A stretch of DNA of 64,000 nucleotides from the human T2T-CHM13v2.0 reference genome, Homo sapiens. The notes under the pieces are model-generated. The model was not told the DNA's origin and made no database searches. It was given only the letters and a program-made list of their open reading frames with translations. The DNA lies in assembly GCA_009914755.4 (NCBI GenBank), contig CP086569.2, positions 4,960,001 to 5,024,000 of the forward strand, written 5' to 3'. Shown in pieces: positions 14,105-28,645 of this stretch (position 1 is its first letter; every line of letters starts with the position of its first letter). The position numbers and the translations under genes are program-made.

Positions 14105-14932
14105 TGATTTTTTAAATGGATAACAATAACACTGATTGCATAAACAAACATGCAAAAAAAAAAACTAATAAAAACTCTACACTTTAACTTCATCCCCCCA
14201 TTATTTTAACTTTTTATTGTTTTTCTTTATGTCTTATTTTGCTGTGTCTTGCAAAAATGTTGGAGTTATTATTTTTGATTGGTTCATAATTTATTCTTTC
14301 TATTTAGAGTAAGAGTAGTTCACACACCACCATTACAGTGTTATACTCGTCTGTGTTTTTCTCTGTACTTACTATTAATATTCCCCATGAGTTTTGTATC
14401 TTCAAGTGATTTCTCCTTGCTCATTATCATCCTTTTCTTTTAGATTGGAGATTTCCCTTTAGTATTTCTTATAGGACATGAAATCCCTCAGGTTTTGGTT
14501 GTGTGGGAAGGGCTTTATTTCTCCTTCATGCTTACAGAATATTTTCACAAGATATACTATTCTAGAATAAAAATTTTATTTCCTTCAACAGTGTAAATAT
14601 GTCATTCCACTCTCTCTTGTCCTGTAAGGTTTCTACTGAAAAGTTTGATGCAAGATGTATTGGAGCTTCAATGTATGTTATTTGTTTCTTTTCTCTTGCT
14701 GCTTTTAGGATCCTTTCTTTATCCTTAACCTTTTGGAGTTTGATTATTAAATGCCTTGAGGTGATCTCCTTCAGGTTAAATCTGCTTGGTATTCTGTAAC
14801 TTTCTTGTACTTGAGTGTTAATATCTTTCTCTAGGTTTGGAAAGTTTTCTAATATTATCCATTTGAATATACTTTCTACCCCTGTTTCTTTTTCTACCTC
14901 CTCTTTAAGGCCAGTAACTCTTTTTTGTTGTT

Positions 14933-15236
<304 letters not shown>

Positions 15237-15979
15237 TTATATGTGCCCTTTTTAGGCTATTTCCTAGATCTTGTAGGCATGCTTCATAGTTTTTTATTCT
15301 TTTTTCTTTTGTCTCCTCTGACTGTGTATTTTTAAATAACCTGTCTTCAAGCTCACTAATTCTTTGTCTGCTTGATCACGTGTGCTATTAAGAGAATCTG
15401 ATGCATTATTCAGCATGTCAGTTGCATCTTTCCACTCTAGAATTGTTGGATTTATCTGATAAAATTCTGAATTCCTTCTCTGTGTTATCTTGAATTTCTT
15501 TGATTTTCCTCAAAACAGCTTTTTTGAATTATCTCTCTGAAACATCATATATCTCTCTTTCTCCAGGATTGGTCCCTGGTGCCTCATTTAGTTCATATGA
15601 TGATGTCACATTTTCCTGGATGGTATTGATATTTGTAAGTGTTCATCGGTGTCTGGGCATTAAAGAGAGTTAGATATTTATTGTAGTTTTCAGTGTCTGG
15701 GCTTGTTTTTCCCTATCCTTATAGGGAAGACTTTCTAGGAATTTGAAGGGACCTGGGCTCCAAGTCTAATAATGCTGTGGTTCTTGCAGACTCATAGAGG
15801 TACCTCTTTGGTAGTCTTGGATAATATCTGGAAGAATTCTTGGAATCACCAGGCAGAGAGTATGCTCTTTTCTCTTGCTTTCTCTCAAACAAATGAAGTC
15901 TCTTTTCCTGTGCTGAGCTGTCTGCAACTGGGGGTGTGGTGATGCAAGCACCTCTGTGGCCACTACCACTGGGACTTTG

Positions 15980-17560
15980 CTAGGTCATTCCTGAAGCCAG
16001 CACAGTTCTGGCCCTTGCCCATGGCCTTCTCTTCAGGGTGGCAAGTTCCTATAAGCCCAGTGATGCTTTCTTAGAGCCAGGGATTATTCTATTCTACTGC
16101 GGCTAAGCTTGCCCTCAAACCACAATACAAAGTCCTTCCCACTGTTCTCTTCCCTTTCCACAGGCAGAGGAGCCTCTCCCTGTGGCCAGCAGTACACCAG
16201 TCCATGGGGGATTTCTTCCAGGCCACCGCTTATGTTCCCTTAAAGCCCAAGACCTCTTGCATCAGCCTGTGGTGAATGCAGCCAGGCTTGAACTCACCCT
16301 TTATGGCAATGGACTCCCTCTGGCCAAGGGCATGTCTAGAAATGCTGTCCAAGAGCCTAGGCGTGAACTCAGGAACCCCAAAAGACTGCTTGTTGCTCTA
16401 CCCCACTGTGGCCAAGCTGGTATCTAGGGTGCAAAACAAAGTCCCTTTTGCAGTTCCCACTGCTTTTCTCAAGCAGAAGGAGTTTTGCCCTATAACCACC
16501 ACTGCTGATAGTGCGCTGAGTTTCCCTGAAGCCATCACATCTCAGAGGCTCACTAAGACCTTCGTGTAGTACCTGGGTATCACTGCTGATTATTCAGAGC
16601 CCAAGGGCTCTTCAGTTAACAGGTGATAAATGCTGACAGGACTGCATCCTTTCCTTCAAGGCAGAAGGTTCCCTTTTGACCCAGGATGTGTCTAGAAATA
16701 CCATGTCGGAGCTAAGGCTTGGAATGAGACCTTCTTGAATGTGCCCAGTGCCCTGTCCTACTGTGGCTGAGCTGGTATCTATGATGCAATACAAAGTCTT
16801 CTTTATTCTTCATTCTCCTCTTGTTAAACAGAAAGTAGGAGTCCCTTTCATTGTTATGAGCCACACTGCCTGGGGTAGGGGGTGGCATGGTGCAAGCACT
16901 CCCATAGCCTCACCAGCTAGTGTCTCCTTAGGACACATGCCACTCTGTTCACTGGCTCTAGGTCGAGCCTAGCACAAGGAGTTCCCTAGGAATTGCAGAC
17001 CTTGTTTCCTAGACTGCTTTTCAAGTATATCAAAGATCCTAGAGTACATTAGCTTGTGGTGGCAAGGCTTGATGGGAAACCCAAGTTCCAACAACTGGGA
17101 TGGCAGATTCCCCTCTGACTAGGGCTGGTCCAAATGCTCCTTCTGTGCATGAGTGCTGGCTGAGTTCGGCATTTATTTATTTACTGTGACAGGGTAGCAC
17201 TGAGTTCAATGTAAAGTCTCCCAGTCACTGCTCTCTGTCTTCCCAAAATGCACATATTCTTTCTCCATACCTCGTGGCCACAACCAGGGGCTGGGGGAAG
17301 GGTGGCATCAGTGATTCAAGACTGTCTCTTCTGCCCTCCTCAATGCTTCTTTCCAGGTTATGAAGTTAAAGCCGTGTACTATGATTGCTTACCTGATTTT
17401 TAGTTCTTGTGATGGTGCTTTTCTGTGTGTAGATAAAATTTGGTGTTGCAGCGGGGGAAATGGTAAGTATAGGCTTCTATTCCATCATCTTGCTCTGCCT
17501 TCTCTTTACAACTGTGGCAATATTCGTTGCAGAAGAGTGTGTATTGTCCTTTTACTTTAA
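15980..17560 (-). mobile_element. Probable L1 5-prime UTR region (old family) containing about 3 tandem ~350-bp monomer-like units; assignment uncertain
   Basis: Paralogous blocks sharing ...ctactgtggc(t/c)(g/a)agctggtatcta(g/t)g(g/a)tgcaa(a/t)acaaagtc... at about 16090-16180, 16395-16480 and 16755-16845 plus tgtctagaaat at 16330 and 16690; contiguous with antisense L1 body; no ORF support. Confidence 0.4.
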
Positions 17561-20500
17561 GCCTACGCTGAAAATGAGAGAGACAATTCTCATTCCATAT
17601 CTAATACAATGAGTGGAAACTGGAAAGCTAACTGGTAAAAGGAGTGAGAATAAGATAAGATATCTTACCATGTTTCATCCACCTTACCTAATTTATAGTC
17701 TCTAAATATCTGCAGAGCATTTATACAGGAACCTGGAGGCAATGGAAGAGCAATATACTTGTATGTATGAATATATGCAGGATAGATTTTCAGATGAATA
17801 GGTAACTGATGGTCATTGTTGAATGGGTCAGTTCTTTAGGGGTAGTAGGAGTCTAAATGAGGCAAGTAGCACCTTTAATGATGAGACAGTTAATCCGGAT
17901 ATTTCAACAAAGATGGGGGTGGTTTGTTTTGTACAGAAAAATAGTTAAATGACTAGAATACTGGGAGGCCGTACCCATTTTGGAATTGTAACAGGAGAAT
18001 CTGATTTAGACTCATCCAGGTAGGATAAAAGCTGGCTATAAACATGTGTAGGACAATGTCAAGGTGCTGTTTGCAAGTGTTTCATGTGTGCATGATAGAA
18101 TACAATTTGATGCTCACCAAGTTCATTTATTTTCTTTTCTTATGATGCATCATTTACACGTGGTCATTCAAAGATGCTTTGTTTCCATTAGATATGTTTA
18201 TAAAAGCATGATTTTATAATAATCTGAATTAGAATGACCTGGGGAGCATGTTAAAAGTAAAATGTTCCTTTAGGTGGCTCTTGGATCCACAATAAGAAAT
18301 ATCTATCTCTTTAATTCCTTTTTGCCAATATGCTACTTTGTACATAATACTTCTGTAATGAAAGACATTTTTAGACCAAACTGTCATTGGGCATTGGAAA
18401 AGTACAAAAACGATGGCAGTTTTTCTATATTCTGATAAAGTGAAGTTAAAGTGAGACCAGATTAAAAGATACGATTCAGTTTCATATAGAAAATAAGGCT
18501 TGTGGTAGTAAAGTTAGACATTTTCAGAAAATGCAAATGAATTTATTTATGTCTGAAAATGAAGAGGAAAAACAAACCTCCATGTTTCCTATTTTACACA
18601 TTCATCTAGTTTTAAAAGCTATAAATATACTAGTGCATCTTTAATCATACAATTTTTTTCTTAGTGTGCTTCAATACTCATTTTTATGTTATGTGAAAAA
18701 AAAATTTGTTCTATTCATTCACCTATTGACCACTCAATTTAGCTTATAGGAAAATATAGATATTTGTGTGAAACTATAGTTATAGAGACAGAAATCAGAG
18801 ATGGAAACAATGCAACAGATCATTTCATTTTTTAACAGTCAATATTTTTTCACATAATACACTTAGAGAATTTTTCTTACCCAATATTTAATTTCATGAG
18901 TAATGAATCATTTATTAATTTGTAAAGTGTTAATTCCAGCTGAAATTGTCATTTTATTTTCTCTATTTAGATAAATTACTTTTCTTTTTTTTTGTTTTCC
19001 TTTCTTAATATTATTCCATCGCTCAAAATTCTATCTATCCTGGGGTTAAATGCAATGTGTGTGCTATATCACATACAGAGAATTTACCGACAATAGCAGC
19101 CTTTCCAAGCCCTGTCTCTGTAACTAACCACTCCATGGGTATAGAGCTCACAGGTAAAAATTGATATAAGGAATGAAGCAAAACAAAGTTGCACAATATT
19201 TGCATGGGGATACTTTTATTCTTAGTGGTAATTACACAGAGGGATTGTGTTCTCCTTCTTGCAATACTGGATTCTAGATTCAAAAATACTTGAAATGCTT
19301 TTTCTGGTTTCTACCTGCATCTCACGAGGCCTCTATTGGAATTCTATAATAACCAGCCATGGTATTTCCGTAGGTCAGTGGGTCTCTGAAACTTTTAGTG
19401 TTCAGGAAACTCATCTGAGGCTCTTGAAAGCATGTTGATTTCAAGGTTCCACAGCTAGAAACAGCAATTTGGCAGGTCAGAAGTAAAGTTCAGGAAACTA
19501 CGTTGTTAACAGGTACCTCAGCACCTTTGAATGCAGGTGGCTTTTGAACTTAGCTTTGAGAAACACTGATTTCAGCTATGCCTACCCTGAGCAAATACCT
19601 AGTATGGGATTTTTATTTGAATGAACAAATCATATTCACCTTTGTGGCATACAGTGTGTTGAATTGAAACAAAGAAGCAAAATGAGCTTTCATAAAGTGA
19701 CTCAGACTAGGTATTATTTTAATGACTTTTTACAAATTATGTGAGCAATCTTCAGTTTGTTCAAGGGTATTTTAGTTTTCTTGGACTTAAATAAAGTTTC
19801 TATTTCAGAATCATTCTGCTTCTTTAAAAGAAAAACTATCCAGATCCACAAAATTTACTCGTAAGAACTGAACAAGTTTCAATCACCTTTTTAATCTGAT
19901 TAAATCCTCACAAAAATTCAGTGTGAATAACTATCACCTTTTCATTTTACACATGGGGAAATTGAGCTCTATTATGATCAATTTCCCCAAGACATGCATT
20001 TAGTAAGCACAAATCCTGCCTCAAATATGTTTACTTCAGACCATAACTTGTTTTCTTTCCACTGTACTAGGCAGTAGTGTACAAAAACATCAAGCATAAT
20101 ACCTAGAGGCTGTGGAAAGGTACTTCTTGTTGGTATGCCATGCCTTAATAAGGAAATGAAGGTATAGTAAGACTTTGGTAAAATTAATTGCATTGGAAGA
20201 GATGCCTGAACTCTCCTTGTGATTGCAATTATTTATCTGAGTGGGCATGGGAGAGACAGAGAAATTGGTAGTAAAAGATAAAGAGAAAAAATTCCGTGTA
20301 AGGAAATATGTTAGCCGCTAGCCCAAACATTCTTTCAATGACAGCAGGTTTATGGTCTCTAAAAAAGGTCTTGCATCATTTTACTTGAATTCTTTTTATA
20401 ACATTTTGCATGTCTCTGAGAGAAAACCAATGAGAGACCACAGCAATTTTTTGTAATTGTTATGATCAAGTGAAGATGTGCCAAACTTCCTAGTGCAATG

Positions 20501-21737
20501 TAGTGAGAGGCCAATGTTTATCACCCAGAAAGGGAAGCAAAAGACTCAGCTATAGTTTGTTCAGAAATCCTTCCAGTAAGGTCTGTGATCGATTAAATAG
20601 TTTCTCTGTTGGGTTTTACTGAGATCAAACTTTGATGCTCACAATGTAGAATAGACGTGTTAAATGGGTTGGGACAGGATAAGAATCATAAAGGCATGAT
20701 TACACCAAAAGGGACAAATAACCAAAATTCCATAGCTTTTGTGGGACTGAGGGTACCCTCATCAAATATGTAAAATCTTTAAGTTATGTTATTTCAGTAA
20801 ATCCAAATTAAGTCATTTATTTTTAATGGCATTTGGCTTTTTTGTTTCCTGACAGTTAATACAATATTCTGAGTTGAATACATAAATACAATAAAATTGA
20901 CTTCTGCCCAGCTGGGTTTATTCAAAATTTCTAGATTCTCAATTTTTATTTTCTGGCACCAAAAATACATAAAAAATCTTTGTGTATTCAAATGATCTCT
21001 TAAACACTAATTTAGACCTAGCATGCTGGAAGTATGTGTTAAAATCATTTGTGAAGAATGTACTTATTTGATAAACAAAGCCTTCTTCACTTGAAATATT
21101 GGAAATAATTTCTGAGTTCCAAAACACTGACATTCAATGAACATTGCCTTTCATTACTTTTGTTAATACATCTTTTTATACACATCATTTGTACAACAAA
21201 ACTGTATAGCATCTATCATGGGCCAAGCATTGTGCTAGGTGCCAGGGAATAATGGTGAGCAAGACAAAAATGGTATTGGCCTTCACAGAGTTTATACTAA
21301 CTTTGAGGACAAAGAGGTAAGCCAGCCCCACAACCACAGTAAACTTTGAAGGTAACCTGATTTTTTTTTCATAGCCTTCACATGATACCCGGAAAGTAGT
21401 AGGCAATCAGTGTATACCTGTTGCATGAATAGAGGAAAACACAGTATAGCTGAAGGAACACCCGAGCAGACGTAAGGAAATATTAATCCTAGCTTTAACT
21501 CTATTGTTGAATGACCATGTAGTATATGCAAAATTGTTTCCACTTCATGAACTTCAGTTTGCTTTAATGTAGAATTAGAGTAGTCAACATTATGAAATTT
21601 ATTTCATGCTACTTCCAACAATATATAACCATATAATACTGAAAATATCATTTTAAATATTTGAATAAAGGCATTTATAATTGCTTGTACAGCAGGCCTC
21701 ATTCCTGTTATCTGCTTATATTAAATGTTTCAAAAAA

Positions 21738-21801
21738 GAAGGAAGGAAGGGAGGAAGGAAGGAAGGAAGGAAGGAAGGAAGGAAGGAAGGAAGGAAGGAA
21801 G
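21738..21801. repeat. (GGAA)n microsatellite, about 15 units with one GGGA interruption
   Basis: gaaggaaggaagggaggaaggaaggaaggaaggaaggaaggaaggaaggaaggaaggaaggaagc read directly. Confidence 0.95.
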
Positions 21802-24129
21802 CACAGACATCAATTGCAAACAAACTCATCACAAATCTCACTTCAATTATATAGTGTATAAACTTCTAAAAGTAAGAAACATATAGGAGTATTCCTAGAC
21901 TAGTTTCTTGAGGGAACTTAAACTAAAGCTCAGATCTAAATATTTCCAGTTTGGCAAATTCAGAAATACCTTTATTTCCATTAGTATTTTTGACCTCCCA
22001 AAACTTAAATGAATATTTCACAAATCTTTCATTATAGTAATGAAAAAGGTTAAGTTGTTATTTGTGATCAGATTTAGACTGTCATATTTTGAGTGTCTCG
22101 GTAGGGAAAATAAGTGCTTCATAAAGAATATTACTGTTATTATTAGCCCTATGCTTGTTCCTGGAAACAAAATGGAGTAGTGTTTCCCTGTGGACTCAAT
22201 AGACTATTAAAACTATTGTGGCCGTCTTCTGCATACCTGTTATCACCAGTTATAAAAAAAAATTGTCTCTTTATTGAAAGTTGAACTTCAGGGCTTTTTT
22301 TTTTCTTTTAAGATGAAGATACTGGAAGACTTGGCATCTTTACAATATTTCAGTTTAAACATTCCAAAGGAACTGCTCATGTTGCAAAATATTTATAAAA
22401 TGTTTTATCTAATGTAATTAAATCCCAATAGTACAGAAAGCTTAAATCTTTCTTCATTTTTCTTCTTCATTTTTTACTTTTACAGAGAATATATGCATTT
22501 TAGGCAACTTTTGCTCTACTTTTTGAAACTCAACATTAGATGTGTGTATACAAGTTTTGTTCATTTAGGTAAGTTTTCTTGAAACACGCTTATGATATTT
22601 GCAGGGATAACATCTTCAAGTCATTTTAAGAGTGCTAATCAGTGATTCTTAGGATTTTTGGCAGAATGAGGGTAGTTATAAAAAGGAGCAGCAACACTGT
22701 TTGTATAGCATGGTACCACTCTCTCGATTAACAGTACTTTACATTAAAATTTTGCTCAGCTGAGCAGCTGACTATGCTAATTCTTCAGAGTTGTGTTAAG
22801 CCTTACTCATTTTTTTTCTAAGCCTACTTGCCAGGAATAGCATGAGAAAATGAACATTTTCAAGGTCAGTGAAAATAGGATCACATGGCTGCTTCGTTGA
22901 TATTGTCACTCAGTGTATTTTTGCATGTTTATTTCTCTGGAGGTCTTGATCTGATTGTAGGTGTTTCATGATTTGCTATGCACACACATACTCTCTCACA
23001 CATGCCTATATAGAATTGTCATGAATATCCATTTATCATAATACTTGTTTATTGTTCAATTCCCTAAGTTATAAGAGCCCAAGGAATCTGCTTCTCTCCC
23101 CAGAAAATTAATAACAGCAAAAATTATCAACTTATGATTTGAAGACATCTGTATCTGCTTCCTGTTGCAAATGACAAATGTAGTCATTTGTAATAAATGG
23201 CTACAAACTTAGTGGTTTAAAACAACACAAATTTACAGTTCTGGAGGTTGGAGATCTATAGTGGGCCTCACTGGGATAAAATCAGTGTCAGCAGGCCTGC
23301 ATGGTGCATTGTACACAGTGGGTGCTTCACAGATAGAGTTGATTTTCACTATTTGAGGATTCTGTATTTGCAAATGCCGCTACTCTCTAAAATTTACTTG
23401 TAACCTCACAATCAATATTCATGAAGCTTTTCAGTCATTCACAGACATGGACAGAGCAGCAACAAATGTGATGTGCCTCATGCTCGGGTTTCCAGCTGAG
23501 CTCCAGCAAGGCCCTGCTCTGCCCTGTTCCAGCTCTAATACAGAAATGACCAGAAGATAGAGATGGCAGGAAACAGTGCAATGTAGTGCAAGAAGCTCTG
23601 ACTGAGACCCCCTTGAATGGGATTTAAATCCCACCTCTGATATCTGTTAGTGGGTGTCCTCAGGCAAGTCACTTAAAACTTATGAAGGCCATTTTCTCTT
23701 TTCTAAAGTAAAAAAAAAAATAGATTCTACCAGGAAAAGTTTTTTTAGGCTTTAATTTGATAATCTATGTGAGATATGTGTACATATGTACATGTTTCCC
23801 CTAGGAGCAATGTTTTAGTAAATTAGCTAATTCATAGTTCACAGCTACTTCATAGAACATGACTACTTCGAATAACAATAGCCAACTGTATCTGTTGAAT
23901 AAAGGAATGAATCACTGACCCAGAAATATTATTATTTATGGTATGACCTTGTTACATGAATTGATGGTAACGGTTGCTCAGCGATTTCCCAAAGGATGTT
24001 GTGGTAGGCAGAATAATGCCCTTCCCCAAGGATGTCCACATCATCTGTGGAAACCATGAATGTGTTAGATTACAAAGTGAAGGAGGATTATAGTTGCAGA
24101 TATAATTAAGGTTGCTAGTCAGTTGACCT

Positions 24130-24482
24130 TAAAGTAAGGAGATTATTTTCATTATCTTGATGGGCCAATATAATCTCAAGAACTCTTCAAAGTAGAAGAG
24201 GAAGGCAGAGGAAGGTGAACAACGACTTGGCCCAGCATGCTGGCTCTGAGGATATAACAGGACCAAGATTCCAAGAGTGTAGCTGACCTGTAGAAGCTAG
24301 AAAAGGGAGGGAAATAGATTATCTCCCAGAATCTCCAGAAAGGAATGCACCCTGCTGACACTTTCATCTTATCCCAGTGAGACTTACAGATTTCTGACTT
24401 TTGGATCTGTAACCTAGGAAATTTGTGTTAAGTGACAAAGTTTGTAGTAATTTGTTACAGTAGCAATAGGAAACAAATACAG
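24130..24482 (+). mobile_element. MaLR LTR fragment (MLT1/MST-like), 3-prime terminus recognizable
   Basis: Terminal segment gacttttggatctgtaacctaggaaatttgtgttaagtgacaaagtttgtagtaatttgttacagtagcaataggaaacaaatacag matches the canonical MaLR LTR end (...aagccac(c/t)aagtttgtggtaatttgttacagcagcaatagaaaactaatacag) from memory; upstream boundary approximate. Confidence 0.45.
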
Positions 24483-25832
24483 ATGTCTCCAAATCATAAG
24501 TTGATAATTGTTGCTGTTGTTGATGTTGTATTACTCGGAATGTATAAAAATTAACCCGGTACTAAAAAAGAGTCAAATGAGAACAATACCTTAGCTAAAA
24601 AGATTTGCCCTTCAATATCATTTGAGATCATGGGGTAAAAAAGACTGGAAATGACAGCACAAATTGGGAATTTTACCAGGAGCAACTGCTGGATATAGAA
24701 GAAGATTTAACTTGATCCTGTAGGAGAGGCAAAATTTTGCCCCTACCTTCTTAGGGATTTTTGGCTTCGGGACTGAGAATTATACCCATGTAAGACAGAT
24801 AAACAGAAGAAAATGATACAAGTTTTTTCAATACAAGTTTTATGTGGCACAGGAGCCATCATAAAGAAATGAAGACCCAAAGACCCTGAGTTATTTATAT
24901 GCTGAATTGGACAAAGTGTAATAAATTGTGAAAATATGACAAGGCAAAGCGGCTTTGGCTAGGTTAGTTATTTGGGTGGAGAAGTAACTGGATAGATAAA
25001 GTTAATTTAACCAGGTTTGTTTGTACAGATTTTTCTCAGTCTCAGTTTCCTGTTCTTGGTGATAAAAATGTCCTTCCAGTATAGGGAAGACATCTTTCAC
25101 ATGGAAATTTCATATCTTCCTTTTAAGAAACAGAATGAAAGTCAGACCGATCATGCACCTATTATTTTTCAAGTTTCTTTAGTTCAAAATAATTCTTAGC
25201 ACAAAGTGGCATACTTTGGAGCAGTGTGTTTTGAATTCATTCAATACTAATAAAATCCACACCACATATTTCAAGCTCCAGAGAGAGTTGGATCTACCAA
25301 TGTATCACATGGGTCACATGATTTTGTAAAATTGCAAAAATGATATTAGTAAAATAATAATAGTAAGATACTAAAGAGTCCCCCTCATATTAAATAATTT
25401 TCAGGGCACAGAAAACCTAGCTCTGCCCCTGCTTGAATACCTTTCAGGAAACTTGAGAGAGATCTGACTCCAAAATGAAAACATGTGTCTCATGCACAGC
25501 TGTACATGTTTCCCTCCCCAGAACACATTTTCCATTGAGGGGAATTCATATGACAAGGACATATGAGGAGTGAGATAGGGATAGGAAGTAGTAGCAATTA
25601 CATAATTCATCTCCTGTTGATCAATTAAGCACTTACTATGTGGCTAATCATTGTAGGCTACAATGAGATCTATGACTCATTCCAATTTCACTAATAACTT
25701 GAAGCTTAATTGGGAAGATGAAATGCACATGGACACATCATCATTAGTATTATGTAATATACAATTAGGCACTAATAAATAAGGTACTGGAAACTAGAGA
25801 ATAGCACAATAAAATACAACTTTGGCTGAGCC

Positions 25833-25836
<4 letters not shown>

Positions 25837-25867
<31 letters not shown>

Positions 25868-25890
25868 AACATACACATATATGCACACAT
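25837..25890. repeat. (AC)n dinucleotide repeat decaying into (ACAT) motifs
   Basis: acacacacacacacacacacacacatacaaacatacacatatatgcacacat. Confidence 0.9.
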
Positions 25891-27930
25891 AACTCAATAT
25901 TGGTTTCATAGCAGAAGTGAGAACTTGATTTGATCTCAAGGCATGATGATTATATGATGGTTATTTAATTTGCAGCAGTGGCTAGAATAATAGCAAAATA
26001 GACCAAAAATATGTTGTTTTATAAATACTGAATGGAATGGCTTTATTACAGAAAATTAAAGTACCCAATGGGCTGAGTACCTTACATCATTTATTTCAAT
26101 TTATCTTTACAACAATACTCTGGGGTAGGTACAGTTTATTATCTTTGTTTCACTAATGGGGAAACTGAGACTTAGAATAGTTTAACAATTTTTTCAGTGA
26201 TGTCACAAATCCATTATGTGGCAAAGCCAAGACTGAAACCCAGGCCTACCTGACACCACAGTCTAACTCTTATGCACTTAAGGAGTTGGGATGTAGAGAG
26301 AAATAAAATTGAATAGGTTTTAAACACTAAATAAAGGTTTTAGTTTACAGATAAGAATACTTCTATATGAAGCATAAATTTGCATATATGCTCACCTAGA
26401 CTTTGAGATCTTATAATTTCTTCAACAGATTAAACCATCACTTTCCAGAAGGCTACCATATTTCTTTGACATAACTAGTAAATTGCTGAAGTACACATTG
26501 ACATCTGAAATCATTTGTCTGAATGTCACCGAAATGAAGTGAATAGTGTGATAGGTTTTGCTCTTGTTGTCACAAGGATAATACGGAGTATTTAAAAATG
26601 TGTGATAAGATGGGATAGTTGTATTAAATTAAAAACCTTTTAAATCATACTAATAGGATGACCAATGTGCTTTATTAAGAAGCAAAGAAGTATCAGAGAT
26701 GCTTAAGGCAAATGGGCAGATGACTTGAATTGGAGTCATTTGACTGCATGTGAAAGCTAGTACATGACTAAGAGCCTACAAAAATATGTATTCTTATTTA
26801 AAACTTAAATATGAAATGCTTTGGAACAGTATAGCAAATTTCATTAAGTTTGTTAATAATTACAGAAGCATTAACATGATGGCATGTACTATCAATTTCA
26901 GGTTGAAAATAGCTGGAAAAAACATATTTTCACAACAAGTGGCTTCTCTTGGCTTTCCAACTGTTGCTTCATTCACCTTAAAAAAATAAGTATTAATTCT
27001 ACAAATATTTAAATTTAAGTAACACAATTATTGCAGGATTGATAGAAGATGCAGTAGAATTTTATAATATATTCAAAATATGTAACTGTGAGTCTGTAAA
27101 CTTTGATGTGTGATGAATTTGAGCCTGCCATGTTTATTCTGTCAAAACCACAGCAGTGCTTAGATGACAGACCCCTAGTTATGGTTGACAGCCTAGATCC
27201 TATTAACACTGTGAATCATCACAGTTAACCCTGTAATATTGTAAGATTAGAAATGAGTATCTTGTCAGAAATAATACATTTATCTAGGAAATATATGGTT
27301 GGATGGAACTGTGTCAGAGCAAGCAAGAGTCACCAGAAATTTATGTAAGGCACACAATACTTTAGCTTACTATTTTATTTATTTTTGAATTTTACTAAGG
27401 GCTGACACTGTGTCACATGAAAATCCTACAGTAATGGTATCTTGGCTCACCCTACTGGTTAAGAGAAGAGCATTTCCACCTTGAATGCTGCACCTAAAAC
27501 TTAAGATGTGTGCTTCCTTAAAAACAATACAACATAAACCCAAGAAATAAATTGGAGTGAACTACAAAATTACAACTTTAAGGAATTTATGACTTTGAGA
27601 ACTTTCTCTGCATTTTTTAGACTACAGAAAAAATTATAGCACTTTATTTTAAATATGAGGGGAATTTTCAAATAGTCATGTAAACTGCAAAGTAAAAAAC
27701 TACATATTTTAAATATACAGTTTCTTTACACAGCACTGTTTCTTAAAGCTGCATTAACAAAGTTCAAAAGACCTCTAAAAATGTGTTTTACCATCATTTT
27801 GGGTTGTGTTAAACATGATATCAAACTCAAGTTGTCCTTCTCAAGACCCAAATTAAATTTTGTTTTACTTAATGAATAATTTTAAAATCTGGATATATGA
27901 TAACTATAACTCTATAAAAAGCATCTTAGA

Positions 27931-28230
<300 letters not shown>

Positions 28231-28346
28231 TTTGATCAAGAAGCTACCAACTGAATAGCTTACTTTATTTATGCACGTTACTAGACCATTTTTGTTAAGC
28301 TCACCGTTTTAGTAATAGTCTAGTTTTTGAAAATTTGGAAGAGTTC

Positions 28347-28645
<299 letters not shown>

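Noticed and set aside
23195-23290. Fragment resembling a common old interspersed repeat (ttacagttctggaggttggagatctatagtgggcctcactgggataaaatcagtgtcagcaggcctgcatg…)
   Set aside because: Only about 100 bp, and I cannot assign the family with confidence from memory (the recalled consensus reads …cacagttctggaggctggaagtccaagatcaaggtgtcagcagggc…); too short and uncertain to list as a feature.
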